Origin: Candidatus Parcubacteria bacterium
Lineage (GTDB): Bacteria > Patescibacteriota > Minisyncoccia > UBA6257 > JAGOQP01
DNA: 64,000 nt
Assembly: GCA_025999395.1 (NCBI GenBank)
Contig: AP024682.1
Location: forward strand, 367,487-431,486
Direction of reading: 5' to 3'
Below, piece after piece: positions 1 through 9,921 of the stretch. The notes beneath the pieces were generated by a model. The model searched no databases. It had not been told where the DNA came from and saw only the letters and a program-made list of their open reading frames with translations. Position 1 is the first letter of the stretch. Each line of letters starts with the position of its first letter. The position numbers were made by a program, and so were the translations under genes.

Positions 1-5
1 GCTGC

Positions 6-125
6 GGTGAGCGCTGCAATCGCGCTCACCACAAAGAGGGAGAAGATACTCCCTCAGGAGACTTCTCTACCCTTTGTGGGTAGAGATCAGCACACATCGG
101 GTGACACAAGTCACCCGTTTTTTTT
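6..125 (+). ncRNA. GC-rich structured RNA segment: four consecutive perfect hairpins (6-30, 36-55, 65-85, 98-117) then T8; possibly 3' part of a structured ncRNA entering from upstream, or stacked terminators
   Basis: Read directly: stems GGTGAGCGC/GCGCTCACC, GAGGGAG/CTCCCTC, CTCTACCC/GGGTAGAG, CGGGTGAC/GTCACCCG; GC-rich island in AT-rich DNA; overlapping ORF 7..225 has no protein-like character. Confidence 0.3.
98..125 (+). terminator. intrinsic terminator (8-bp GC stem, ACAA loop, T8)
   Basis: CGGGTGAC-ACAA-GTCACCCG followed by eight T. Confidence 0.55.
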
Positions 126-172
126 AGATTTTGTTTTAGATATAATTCCCTTAGTAAAGATTTTTAGAAACT

Positions 173-1327
173 ATGCGTTTTCTTCAATTTCTTCGTTCTT
201 GGAAAAGAAAAGTTTCAAAAACTAGTGACACCTTTCTTGAAATTAGAATTAAAAAGGAAAGATTAGTAGAAAATCTAAACTTTTTTAAATCACTTTTTCC
301 TTACTGCCAGATAGCGGTTGTTTTAAAGAGCAATGCTTACGGTCACGGGCTAAAAGAAATAGGAACGTTTTTGGATAAAAGAGAAGAGGTTAGTTATTTG
401 GTAGTTGATAGTTTACTTGAAGCTTTAATTTTAAGAGATACTGGTGTTAAAAAGAGGCTTTTAATTTTGGGAAATGTTTTAGAAAATAATCTTTTTCTTT
501 TAAAAAAGATTAAAAAAGCAACTTTGTTAATTAACTCGCTCATCAATGCCAAACTTTTTTCTTCTAAAATTAATTTTCCTCTCTCAATTCATCTTAAAGT
601 AGATACAGGGATGAGACGGCAAGGAGTAAAGCTGGAAGAATTAGAAGAGGCAATAAGAATTCTTTCTTTGAATAAGAATCTTAAAATAGAAGGTTTGGCG
701 ACTCATTTAGCGGATGCGGATAATGTAGATGAAAAGGAAACTTTAAAACAGATTCAACTTTGGAAAGAGGCTTTAAAAATTTTTAAGTCTTTAGTCAGAG
801 AAGAGGGAATTTTTCATTTTTCAGCAACAGCAGGAACTAAATTTCTTTCTCCCTCTTTGGGAAATTTAATTCGCTTAGGAATAGGTTTTTATGGAATCGA
901 TACTACTTTAGATTCAAGGCTTAAAGTAAAGCCGGCGCTTTCTTTTTGGGCACGAGTGATAAATTTTAAAGAGATAAAAAGAGGTGAAGGAATAGGTTAT
1001 AATTTTAGCTGGAGAGCCGACGAAAACGGCTGGATAGGAATTTTGCCTTGTGGTTATTATGAGGGCCTCCCTTGGGCTTTAAGTAATAAAGGGGTTGTTT
1101 ATTTTGAAAATCAGCCTCTTAAAATAAGGGGAAGAATAAGTATGAATATGACTGCTATTGAAATAACGCCGGCTATTAATCAAATAAAGGAAAATGATTG
1201 GATAGAGGTTTACTCTGATGAAGTTGAAAAACTAAACTCTGTTCAGAAAATAGCTCAAGCTTGTAATACTCTTCCTTACGAAATTTTGGTAAGATTAGCT
1301 CCGACCATTAGAAGGGTTTTAATTTAA
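173..1327 (+). CDS. alr: alanine racemase
   Basis: PLP-lysine motif AVVLKSNAYGHGL near N-terminus; length and overall pattern typical of Alr. Confidence 0.85.
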   Translation: MRFLQFLRSWKRKVSKTSDTFLEIRIKKERLVENLNFFKSLFPYCQIAVVLKSNAYGHGLKEIGTFLDKREEVSYLVVDSLLEALILRDTGVKKRLLILGNVLENNLFLLKKIKKATLLINSLINAKLFSSKINFPLSIHLKVDTGMRRQGVKLEELEEAIRILSLNKNLKIEGLATHLADADNVDEKETLKQIQLWKEALKIFKSLVREEGIFHFSATAGTKFLSPSLGNLIRLGIGFYGIDTTLDSRLKVKPALSFWARVINFKEIKRGEGIGYNFSWRADENGWIGILPCGYYEGLPWALSNKGVVYFENQPLKIRGRISMNMTAIEITPAINQIKENDWIEVYSDEVEKLNSVQKIAQACNTLPYEILVRLAPTIRRVLI

Positions 1328-1347
1328 TTAAAGGTTCTAAAATTTTT

Positions 1348-3072
1348 ATGGCTAATGATCCGATCGAAGAAATAAAAGAAAAACTGGATATCGTTGAGGT
1401 TATTCAGGAAAGAATCCCTTTAACTCGGGCAGGAAAGAATTTTAAAGCTCTTTGTCCTTTTCATAAAGAGAAAACCCCTTCTTTTATTGTTTCTCCAGAA
1501 AGGCAAACCTGGCATTGTTTTGGTGCCTGTAATACAGGCGGGGATGTTTTTTCCTTTGTAATGAAATACGACAATCTTGAATTTTATGAAGCTTTAAAAA
1601 TGTTAGCCGAGAAAGCGGGAGTGGAACTAAAAAAAATTAGCCCTGCTAGTCAAAAAGAGTTTGGAGTACTTTTTGAAATTAACTTAGCAGCCAAAAACTT
1701 TTTTGTTAACCAACTTTCTTTATCAAAGGAAGCCGGGGATTATCTTTCCTCAAGAAATTTAAAAAAAGAAACAATTGAAGAATTTGAAATTGGCTTTGCT
1801 CCTTTGGAATCGGAGGCTTTAACTCTTCACTTAATAAACTTAGGATTTGAGGCTTCAGATATTGAAAAGGCGGGACTAATCTTTAAAGGTGAAAGGGGGA
1901 CTTACACTGATCGATTTCGAGGAAGGATTATGTTTCCTCTTTACAATAACTTTGGCAAGGTAGTTGGTTTTTCAGGGAGAATTTTGCCTCAGTGGGATGA
2001 TGGAAAAGCTGGTAAATACATCAATACTTCGGAAACCAATATTTTTAATAAATCTCGGATTCTTTACGGTTTTCATAAAGCCAAGCCTTTTATTAAGAAG
2101 GAAAATGAAAGTTTTTTGGTAGAAGGCCAGATGGATTTTTTGGCTCTTTGGCAAGAGGGGATAAAAAATGCAGTGGCTGTTTCGGGAACTGCCTTAACCT
2201 TAGAACATTTAAAAACCTTAAAAAGGATAAGCGATAAGTTAATTATTGGTTTTGATAATGATGAAGCTGGCAAAAAAGCCACCGAAAGAGCCATTGATTT
2301 AGCTAACAGTTTAGACTTTGAGGTAAAAGTCTTTTTAGTTTCTGCTAAAGATGTCGCGGAGTTTATTTCTCAAAATCCGGGAAAGATCAAAAACGAAATA
2401 AACTTAAAAAGTTTTTCGGCGCTTGAATTTTATTTGTCCACTTTTATTAAAGACCCTTCTTCTCCTTCTAAAAGTGAATTAAGATTAATTTTAGAGAAAG
2501 TTTCAAAACTTCTTAGCCCTCTAGAGCAAAATCGCTGGATTAAAAAAATTGCCGAGAAAACCAAAATTAGCGAACCCTTTCTTTTGGAGGAGCTTGCCTT
2601 GCTGAAAAAGAAAAAAACTTCTCCTTTACCCTCAACTCAGTCAGCTAATGAAAAAGAAGAGAAGGAACCTTTAAGTCGTTTGGAAAGTTTAGCTTTAGAA
2701 ATTATCACCTTGATTTTAGCGGATAAAAGAAATTTAAGTTTAGCTAAAGAATATCGAGATTATTTTCCTGCTGATTATTTAGTGGTGCTTGATTGGTTAG
2801 AGGGAAAGAAAGTTTCCTTGCCAGAAAAATTTAGTCATCTGATAGATATTTTAGAAATGAAAGTTTCTTTTAAGTATCAAGACACAAGTCAGGAAAAATT
2901 GTTTTCTGAAACCAATTTTCTCTTAAAAGAGTTAAAGAGAGAATTTTTAAAGGAAAGAAGAAAAACCTTGCTGGAGGCTATTCAAAAGAAAGAGCGGGAA
3001 AATGATTTACAAGCTCTCAAGCAGTTACTGGAAGAATTTGACCAAATAACAAAATTGTTAGATAATTCTTAA
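1348..3072 (+). CDS. dnaG: DNA primase
   Basis: Zinc-ribbon CPFHKEKTPSF...CFGC, TOPRIM motif EGQMDFLAL, DnaG order upstream of rpoD. Confidence 0.9.
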   Translation: MANDPIEEIKEKLDIVEVIQERIPLTRAGKNFKALCPFHKEKTPSFIVSPERQTWHCFGACNTGGDVFSFVMKYDNLEFYEALKMLAEKAGVELKKISPASQKEFGVLFEINLAAKNFFVNQLSLSKEAGDYLSSRNLKKETIEEFEIGFAPLESEALTLHLINLGFEASDIEKAGLIFKGERGTYTDRFRGRIMFPLYNNFGKVVGFSGRILPQWDDGKAGKYINTSETNIFNKSRILYGFHKAKPFIKKENESFLVEGQMDFLALWQEGIKNAVAVSGTALTLEHLKTLKRISDKLIIGFDNDEAGKKATERAIDLANSLDFEVKVFLVSAKDVAEFISQNPGKIKNEINLKSFSALEFYLSTFIKDPSSPSKSELRLILEKVSKLLSPLEQNRWIKKIAEKTKISEPFLLEELALLKKKKTSPLPSTQSANEKEEKEPLSRLESLALEIITLILADKRNLSLAKEYRDYFPADYLVVLDWLEGKKVSLPEKFSHLIDILEMKVSFKYQDTSQEKLFSETNFLLKELKREFLKERRKTLLEAIQKKERENDLQALKQLLEEFDQITKLLDNS

Positions 3073-3199
3073 GCAATAAAGAAAACAAGAAGGTCTTTGG
3101 GTTTTCGAAAAAAACCTCTTGTTTTTAACTTTGTTTTCTCCTAAATTTATAATTAGCTAACTTTAAACATTTTAGTTTTTGCTTTTTTAAGAGGGTAGT

Positions 3200-4492
3200 A
3201 TGAAAAAGAAAAATCTTGCCAAAAATAAAAAAAAGAGCCCAAAGAAATCCGCCTTAAATAAGGCTAAAAAGAAGAATCAAAAGAAGACTTTGAAATCAAA
3301 GACAAAACAAAAAAAGTCTTTAAAGAAGGCGGGCTTTGCCTTGCAGAAAAAAAACAAAGTAAATTCGAAGAAAGAAAAAAAGAGTTATCAAAAAAAAGAA
3401 CCAAGCATCAAGAAAAAGTCTTTCTTTGATGAAGAAGCTATTTCAGACTTGATAGAAAGAGGAAAGAGCCGAGGTTTTGTTACTGATTCAGAAATTCTCT
3501 CCTTCTTTCCTAATATTGAGAATGATGTTGAGTTTTTGGAAAAGGTTTACAGCCACTTAGAGAATCATAACATTAAGGTTATTGAGGTAGGAGAATTAAT
3601 TGAACCAACCACCAGTCCAGAGAAATCAGCTTCCGAAATAGACGAGCTACTTGAAACAACAGATTTGCCGGATGCGGTTCAAATGTATCTTAAATCAATC
3701 GGAAAAACTCCTCTTTTAACCGCTCAGGAAGAAAAAGAACTTGCTAAAAGAGCAGAAAAAGGCGATGAGGAAGCTCGCCAAAAATTGATTCAGGCTAACC
3801 TTCGCTTAGTGGTTTCGATTGCCAAGCATTATGTTAATCGAAGCGCTAATTTAAGCTTGTTGGATTTAATTCAAGAAGGAAATATTGGTCTTTCCCGAGC
3901 AGTAGATAAATTCGATTATCGAAAAGGCTTTAAATTTTCCACCTATGCTACCTGGTGGATTAGGCAAGCAATCACTCGTGCCTTAGCTGATCAGTCGCGA
4001 ACTATTCGAATTCCAGTACATATGGTAGAAACTATTTCCAAATACACTCAAGTTAAAAGAAGATTAGCTCAAGAGTTAGGAAGAGAACCCTTAGCCGAAG
4101 AGATTGCAATTGAGATGAAAACTTCGGTTGAAAAAATTCGCCACATTCAAGAAATTTCTCAAGAAGTTCTTTCTTTAGAATCTCCTCTGGGAGATGACGA
4201 AGAAAGCTCCACTCTTTCTGAATTTATTAAAGATGAAAAGAGTTTAACTCCGGATCAAGTGACGGCTCGCTCATTGTTGCGGGAAAAAATTTTGGAAATT
4301 ATGAAAGATCTTACTCCGCGAGAAAGAGAAATAATTTCGATGAGGTTTGGTTTAGAAGATGGAGTTAATCACACCTTAGAAGAAGTAGGAAAGAAATTTG
4401 GAGTTACTCGGGAGCGGATCAGACAAATTGAAGCAAAGGCTTTGGAAAGAATGAGAGAACATGAGAAATCTAAGGCTTTAGAAGAATATTGA
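3200..4492 (+). CDS. rpoD: primary RNA polymerase sigma factor (sigma-70 family) with poly-lysine N-terminal tail
   Basis: Regions 2-4 conserved ([22 protein letters not shown], helix-turn-helix [14 protein letters not shown]); first ~75 aa are ~half lysine. Confidence 0.9.
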   Translation: MKKKNLAKNKKKSPKKSALNKAKKKNQKKTLKSKTKQKKSLKKAGFALQKKNKVNSKKEKKSYQKKEPSIKKKSFFDEEAISDLIERGKSRGFVTDSEILSFFPNIENDVEFLEKVYSHLENHNIKVIEVGELIEPTTSPEKSASEIDELLETTDLPDAVQMYLKSIGKTPLLTAQEEKELAKRAEKGDEEARQKLIQANLRLVVSIAKHYVNRSANLSLLDLIQEGNIGLSRAVDKFDYRKGFKFSTYATWWIRQAITRALADQSRTIRIPVHMVETISKYTQVKRRLAQELGREPLAEEIAIEMKTSVEKIRHIQEISQEVLSLESPLGDDEESSTLSEFIKDEKSLTPDQVTARSLLREKILEIMKDLTPREREIISMRFGLEDGVNHTLEEVGKKFGVTRERIRQIEAKALERMREHEKSKALEEY

Positions 4493-4508
4493 GCTAGAAA
4501 ATATTCTT

Positions 4509-6320
4509 ATGTATTTTTACAAATTAAGAGAAGATTTTTTAAATTTCTTTAAGGAAAGAGGGCATACAATTGTCCCTTCCTCCTCTTTAATTCCCGATGA
4601 TCCTTCGGTGCTTTTAACAACGGCGGGAATGCAGCAGTTTAAAAGGTATTATACCGGAGAATTAAATCCTTTTTCTGATTTTGGTTCAGCACGCACTGCT
4701 TCAATCCAAAAATGTTTTCGAACGAGTGATATAGAAGAGGTGGGAGATAACACTCATCTAACCTTTTTTGAAATGTTGGGAAATTTTTCTTTTGGGCCGG
4801 TAGGGGAGGATGATCCCAAAAATTTTGGAAAGGAGGGTTATTTTAAAAGAGCAGCAATCGGATGGGGGTTTGAATTGGTTACTCAAGTTTTAAAAATTGA
4901 CCCGGCAAAAATTTTTGTTACTGTTTTTGGGGGTGATAAGGAAATTCCTTTTGATGAGGAATCTTTTAAAATTTGGTCTCAAGAAATTGGTTTACCTAAG
5001 GAGAGAATTAAATTAGGCTCAAGAGAGGACAATTTCTGGGGGCCTACAGGAAGCGAGGGTCCTTGCGGTCCAACAACTGAAATTTATGTGGCTTCGGATG
5101 AAAATCAAGCCCTTCAAGGAAAAGGGGTAGAAGTGTGGAATATTGTTTTTAATGAGTTTTATAAGAATAAGAGTGGAGAATATAAGAAATTAGAAAATCC
5201 GGGAATTGATACCGGTGCTGGTTATGAGAGATTGTTAACTGTTTTAGAAAAGGTAGAAAGCGTTTTTGAAACTAGTGCTTTTTTGCCTTTAGTAGAAGTG
5301 ATTAAGAAAATGGCTCCCTCTCTTTCTTTAAAAGAGTTAAGAGTGCTGGCGGATCATATTCGGGGGGCGATCTTTTTAATTGCTGATGGAGTTGAGCCCT
5401 CTAATAAGGAAGCAGGTTATGTTTTAAGGCGTCTTTTAAGAAGAATAATTGCAATTAAGGTAAAGAACGATATTCACGAAGATATTTTTCAGTTGGGTTA
5501 TGAGGAGGTGAAAAAATTATTTGGAGACATTTATCCGGAGGTTAAGGATAAAGAAAAAATTATAAATGTTTGGCAAACAGAATTCTTTAAATTTGAAACT
5601 GCTATCAGTAGGGGAATAAAGGAACTAACTAAATATCAAACCATTTCTGGAAAAGATGCTTTTTATCTTTATGAAACTTTTGGATTGCCTTTTGAATTAA
5701 TAAAAGAATTAGCTCCTCCTCAAGCGGTGAAAAATCTTTCTTTTCAAGATTTTGAAGAAGAATTCAAAAAACACCAAGAGATTTCTCGAGCGGGCGTTCA
5801 AAAAAAATTTGGTGGTCATGGACTTATTTTGGACACTGGAGAATTGAAAGCAGAAACTCAAGAAGATTTAAAGAAAGTCTTAGCTCTTCATACTGCTACT
5901 CATCTTCTCCAATGGGCTTTAAGAAAGGTTTTAGGAGATCAGATTCGTCAAATGGGTTCGGATATTAATCCGGAAAGATTAAGGTTTGATTTTAATTTTG
6001 GCAGAAAATTAACCGAAGAGGAGTTAAAAAAGATAGAGGATTTAGTCAATGAACAAATAAAGAAAGATTTGCCTGTTTATTTTAAAGAAATGCCCAAAAA
6101 AGAAGCGGAAAAAATTGCTCTTTCTTTTTTTAAAGAAAAATATCCCGATATTGTTAAGGTTTATTTTATCGGCTCAGAAAAAAGTGGGGGAGTAATAAGC
6201 GCTGAGTTTTGTGGAGGGCCTCATGTTAACTCTACTAAGGAAATTGGTTCCTTTAAAATAATAAAGGAAGAATCAGTAGGAAAGGGAGTGAGGAGAATTC
6301 GCGCCACAGTAGAGTTTTAG
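4509..6320 (+). CDS. alaS: alanyl-tRNA synthetase, short form (catalytic + editing core, no C-Ala domain)
   Basis: N-terminal AlaRS signature TIVPSSSLIPDDPSVLLTTAGMQQFK; editing-domain HTATHLL and CGGPHV motifs; only 603 aa. Confidence 0.85.
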   Translation: MYFYKLREDFLNFFKERGHTIVPSSSLIPDDPSVLLTTAGMQQFKRYYTGELNPFSDFGSARTASIQKCFRTSDIEEVGDNTHLTFFEMLGNFSFGPVGEDDPKNFGKEGYFKRAAIGWGFELVTQVLKIDPAKIFVTVFGGDKEIPFDEESFKIWSQEIGLPKERIKLGSREDNFWGPTGSEGPCGPTTEIYVASDENQALQGKGVEVWNIVFNEFYKNKSGEYKKLENPGIDTGAGYERLLTVLEKVESVFETSAFLPLVEVIKKMAPSLSLKELRVLADHIRGAIFLIADGVEPSNKEAGYVLRRLLRRIIAIKVKNDIHEDIFQLGYEEVKKLFGDIYPEVKDKEKIINVWQTEFFKFETAISRGIKELTKYQTISGKDAFYLYETFGLPFELIKELAPPQAVKNLSFQDFEEEFKKHQEISRAGVQKKFGGHGLILDTGELKAETQEDLKKVLALHTATHLLQWALRKVLGDQIRQMGSDINPERLRFDFNFGRKLTEEELKKIEDLVNEQIKKDLPVYFKEMPKKEAEKIALSFFKEKYPDIVKVYFIGSEKSGGVISAEFCGGPHVNSTKEIGSFKIIKEESVGKGVRRIRATVEF

Positions 6321-6373
6321 TTTTTATTGTTTATTTTTTAATTTGAAATTCCTGAGAGAGATTTGAGGCAAAA

Positions 6374-7609
6374 ATGATCAAAACTGTTTTTCAAAAAATC
6401 AAAACTTTTTTAACTAACTTTAAACAAAGACAAAGGGTTCTTTTTGTTAGCTTTAAAGAGGAAGGGGTACTTTTGGAAAAAGTAGTTTTTTTATCAGAAG
6501 ATTTTGATCTTCAATGTTTTCGAAAAAAAATTCTTATTAAAGATTTAAACGAAAAAAATTTTAAGAATAATCTCTTTTTCAAGTTTTTTTTATTCTTTCT
6601 TTTCTTTCCTTTTCCTTACAAAGTGGTAGTTAATCTTTATCATCTTTATTGTTATTCTCAATGTTCTTTACTGGAAACTAAGAGAAAAAACCCTTCCCAA
6701 CCTTTAACTTCAGAAGAAATTAATTCCTTCTTTTTACAAAATATTTGGAAGCTAATTGAAGAGCAAAAAAGAAAGATCGTCAAAAAGAAAGAAATAGAAG
6801 AAGCCGAAATTTTATTGGTAGATAATCTTGTGTGCGGCATAAAAATTGACGCAAAAACTATTCCTCAGGATTTGAAAAATCTCTCTGATTTTCAAGGGCG
6901 GGATTTTAAGGTTAATCTTTTTCAAACTTTTGTAAAAAGATCTTTCTTTATTGACCTTACAAGAGTTCTTCCTCGTCGTGCTCAGCTGGCTGGTTTTTTT
7001 GAAGAAGGAATAACTTTGGCTACTTCTCTTTACTTGAAAGAGTTCTTTGAATCTCCTAAAAAAGAAAATCAACCCTTTCTTCTTTTTTTCTTAAGAGAAA
7101 AAGAAACCTCCGTTTTTCTTTTTGATAAAAAAGAAATTTATTCTTTTGATCATCTAAACTTTGGCTATTTCTATCTGTATCAGGTTTTTAATAATCTCTT
7201 GGGTATTAATAGGGAAGTTTTTGAAGAAATAATGAAAAGATTAGAAAGAAATGAACTTTCTGTAAAAGTGAGGGATTATTTCTTAAAGATTATTAGAAAG
7301 GAATTAAAGAATTTTTATTATGCAGTTTTTTCTCTAAAGAAAAGTTTGGGAGTTAAGAAGCATTATTTTTACGCAGAAAAGCTAACAAACTTTTTAAATA
7401 AATGGGAAAAGAAATATTTTTCTTCTTTGGTAAAAGAAGAAGCTCTCTTTTTTTCTTTTAAGAAGGATTCTTGCCTTAAAGAAGAGGATTTAGTGTTTCA
7501 ATCTCTTTTAAGTTTTTCTTTAGAAAACGTTTTTAGAAAAAGTTTGGCTAATAGCTTGGTTGTCAAATTAATTCGCTGGTTGATTCCTCATAATATACAA
7601 ATTGAATAG
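6374..7609 (+). CDS. hypothetical protein (Phe/Lys/Leu-rich, no recognisable domain)
   Basis: Long ORF with start and plausible RBS; no motif recognised. Confidence 0.5.
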   Translation: MIKTVFQKIKTFLTNFKQRQRVLFVSFKEEGVLLEKVVFLSEDFDLQCFRKKILIKDLNEKNFKNNLFFKFFLFFLFFPFPYKVVVNLYHLYCYSQCSLLETKRKNPSQPLTSEEINSFFLQNIWKLIEEQKRKIVKKKEIEEAEILLVDNLVCGIKIDAKTIPQDLKNLSDFQGRDFKVNLFQTFVKRSFFIDLTRVLPRRAQLAGFFEEGITLATSLYLKEFFESPKKENQPFLLFFLREKETSVFLFDKKEIYSFDHLNFGYFYLYQVFNNLLGINREVFEEIMKRLERNELSVKVRDYFLKIIRKELKNFYYAVFSLKKSLGVKKHYFYAEKLTNFLNKWEKKYFSSLVKEEALFFSFKKDSCLKEEDLVFQSLLSFSLENVFRKSLANSLVVKLIRWLIPHNIQIE

Positions 7610-7648
7610 ATTTGCTATAATAAAGAAAAATTTTGGGATTAAAAATCT

Positions 7649-8995
7649 ATGAAAAAAAAGAAAATAGTAAAAGTTTTAGATATTGTTCCTGTCTCGGGTA
7701 AAAGAACTCACCGAGCTAAAGTAAAAAAGGAAAGAACAGAAGAAGTTAATTTTGTTGAAAAGAAAGATGTTTTCCCTGAATTTGATTTAAAAAATGATAG
7801 CTTTTTAAAAGAAACTGAGTCTTTTGAAGGAGAAGAAAAAAAAAGTAAAAAAAGCGTTTTGAAAAAAGTTTTAAGACTTGTTCTTATTTTAGGAATAGGA
7901 GGAGGAGTTATCTATGTTGCTTTTTTTATTCTGCCTAAGGTGGAAGTAAGAGTTTTTAGTAAAAAAGTCCCCTGGTCTTTTGAAGGATCGGTGGTGGTGA
8001 ACAAAAATATTAATCAAATTGATCTAGCCTCTAAACAGATTCCGGGGGAAATTCTGGTAAAAAAAGGTAATCAAGTTTTTAAGTTTACTCCCAGCGGGAA
8101 AAAAATGGGGGAAAGTAAGGCGAGGGGAGTAATTACGGTGGTTAATAATTTTGGCCCCGTCTCTCAAAAATTAGTGGCTACTACTCGTTTTCAAACTGCG
8201 GATGGAAAAATATTTAGATTAGTTTCAGATGTAATTATTCCGCCGGCTAAAGTAGTTGACGGTAAAATTCAACCCTCTTCTATTGATGTTCAGGTAATAG
8301 CGGATAAAGCAGGTCCGGATTATAACATTGGTCCTCAAAGTAAATTTACTATTCCCGGTTTTCAAGGAACTCAGAAGTATCAAGGATTTTACGGCTATTC
8401 TACTCAACCAATGAAAGGAGGAGCGGTAGGAGAAATTTCCTTTGTTACCGAAGAAGACGCCGAGAAAGCAGAAGCAGAAGCAGAAACAAAATTAAAGGAA
8501 GCTCTTCTTTCTAGTCTTTTGATGAGCTTCCCTCAGGATTTAGTTTATTTAGATAATGCTTATGATTTTGCGGTTCTTAAAAAAGAGGTCGATTCTAATT
8601 TAGATGAGAACGGTCAATTTTCGGTTTTTGTTGATGGTCAAATTTCTTTAATTGTTTTTAAGAAAGAAAACTTAGTTGAACTTTTAAAGAAAATAGCTTG
8701 GGAAGAAAACATTCCTCAAAATTATGTCCAAACTCAAGAGAAGTTGGAATATCAAAAGCCTTTGGTTGATTGGAAAGCAGGAAGAGCAGAAATTCCTTTG
8801 AAGTATAAAACTGTCTTTGCTGCTCCTTTAGATGCTAATAAGTTAAAGAAAGAGATTTTGGGTAAAAAGGAAACCGAACTTAAATCTTACATTCTTTCTT
8901 TAGCGGGTATTGATAAGTTGAATGTTTCTTTTTGGCCTTTTTGGGTAAAGAGTGTTCCTCAAAAGGAAAATCGAGTTCAGATAATAGTTGAGTAG
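7649..8995 (+). CDS. hypothetical membrane-anchored protein (basic N-terminus, one TM helix, large extracytoplasmic domain)
   Basis: TM segment VLRLVLILGIGGGVIYVAFFIL after Lys-rich N-terminus; no catalytic motif recognised. Confidence 0.55.
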   Translation: MKKKKIVKVLDIVPVSGKRTHRAKVKKERTEEVNFVEKKDVFPEFDLKNDSFLKETESFEGEEKKSKKSVLKKVLRLVLILGIGGGVIYVAFFILPKVEVRVFSKKVPWSFEGSVVVNKNINQIDLASKQIPGEILVKKGNQVFKFTPSGKKMGESKARGVITVVNNFGPVSQKLVATTRFQTADGKIFRLVSDVIIPPAKVVDGKIQPSSIDVQVIADKAGPDYNIGPQSKFTIPGFQGTQKYQGFYGYSTQPMKGGAVGEISFVTEEDAEKAEAEAETKLKEALLSSLLMSFPQDLVYLDNAYDFAVLKKEVDSNLDENGQFSVFVDGQISLIVFKKENLVELLKKIAWEENIPQNYVQTQEKLEYQKPLVDWKAGRAEIPLKYKTVFAAPLDANKLKKEILGKKETELKSYILSLAGIDKLNVSFWPFWVKSVPQKENRVQIIVE

Positions 8996-9067
8996 CTCCT
9001 GTTGTTTTTAAGAGGCAATTTTTATTTTTCTTCTTGACTTTCTTCTTTATTTTTCTTATCATCTTTC

Positions 9068-9286
9068 TTGTTAATGGCTGGAAAAGATAAGTTTAATCTC
9101 TTAGAAGGGAAAGTGATCGAAGCTTTGCCTTCAGCTACTTTTAGAGTAGAGACCGCTGAAGGTGTTTTTCTTTGTCATCTTTCCGGCAAAATGAGGATTA
9201 ACTACATTAAGGTAACGCCGGGAGACAAAGTTCTTATTAGACCGAGTCCGGATAAAAAAAGAGGAATCATTGTTAAAAGAGTTTAA
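9068..9286 (+). CDS. infA: translation initiation factor IF-1
   Basis: S1-like OB fold sequence GKVIEALPSATFRVE...HLSGKMR.NYI...GDKV, 72 aa. Confidence 0.9.
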   Translation: MLMAGKDKFNLLEGKVIEALPSATFRVETAEGVFLCHLSGKMRINYIKVTPGDKVLIRPSPDKKRGIIVKRV

Positions 9287-9325
9287 AAAAATTAGAGAGA
9301 AATTTATTTTTAAGTTTGAACAATT

Positions 9326-9442
9326 ATGAAGGTACGCTCTTCAGTGAGAAGAATATGTAAGGATTGCAAAGTTGTTCGAAGAAAAGGAAAGCTGTATGTT
9401 ATCTGTAAAAAGAATGTTAAACACAAACAAAGACAAGGGTAA
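9326..9442 (+). CDS. rpmJ: 50S ribosomal protein L36 (zinc-binding type), missed by ORF track (<60 aa)
   Basis: Translated by hand: [38 protein letters not shown]; canonical L36 with C-x2-C...C...H. Confidence 0.9.
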   Translation: MKVRSSVRRICKDCKVVRRKGKLYVICKKNVKHKQRQG

Positions 9443-9502
9443 TTAAATAAGAAGGCGGCGCCTTTTGTTTTTGGTTAGAATAAGAAATTTAATTTTTGAA
9501 TT

Positions 9503-9886
9503 ATGAGATTATTAGGAGTAAATCTTCCCGATCAAAAGAAAATAGTTTTTGCCTTAACCCATTTTTATGGGATAGGTCTTTCTTTGGCTGAAAAAATTTT
9601 AAAAGAAACTAATGTTGATTCCTCTAAAAAAACAAAAGAATTAACTCCCGAAGAAATTAACCGAATTAAAGAGTACATCGAAAAAAATTGCAAAGTTGAG
9701 GGGGAATTGCGACAAATTGTAAGAAGTAATATTGAGCGTTTAAAAAACATTTCCTGCTATCGAGGAATTAGGCATATAAAAAGATTGCCGGTTCGTGGGC
9801 AGAGAACCAAAACCAATTCTCGAACGGTAAGAGGCAATGTAAGAAAAACTGCAGGCAGTGGAAAGAGAAAAGTTGAGCTCAAGTAA
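9503..9886 (+). CDS. rpsM: 30S ribosomal protein S13
   Basis: MRLLGVNLPDQKKIVFALTHFYGIG N-terminus. Confidence 0.93.
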   Translation: MRLLGVNLPDQKKIVFALTHFYGIGLSLAEKILKETNVDSSKKTKELTPEEINRIKEYIEKNCKVEGELRQIVRSNIERLKNISCYRGIRHIKRLPVRGQRTKTNSRTVRGNVRKTAGSGKRKVELK

Positions 9887-9921
9887 AGTAATTAAATCAT
9901 TAATAAGATCATTCTATTAAT

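Noticed and set aside
7-225. 72-aa ORF at window start
   Set aside because: Overlies the GC-rich four-hairpin element and terminator. The translation has no protein-like features, and it reads through a T8 terminator into the alr promoter.
6374-7609. Assigning the 411-aa protein as HolA (clamp-loader delta) or a PilM/FtsA-like actin-fold protein
   Set aside because: It has only a vague N-terminal resemblance, and no phosphate-binding actin motifs or clamp-loader motifs. It is left as hypothetical.
9451-9474. Short hairpin AAGGC-GGC-GCCTT + TTTGTTTTT after rpmJ as a terminator
   Set aside because: The stem is only 5 bp with a 3-nt loop. At most it is a weak attenuator, so it was not promoted to a feature.
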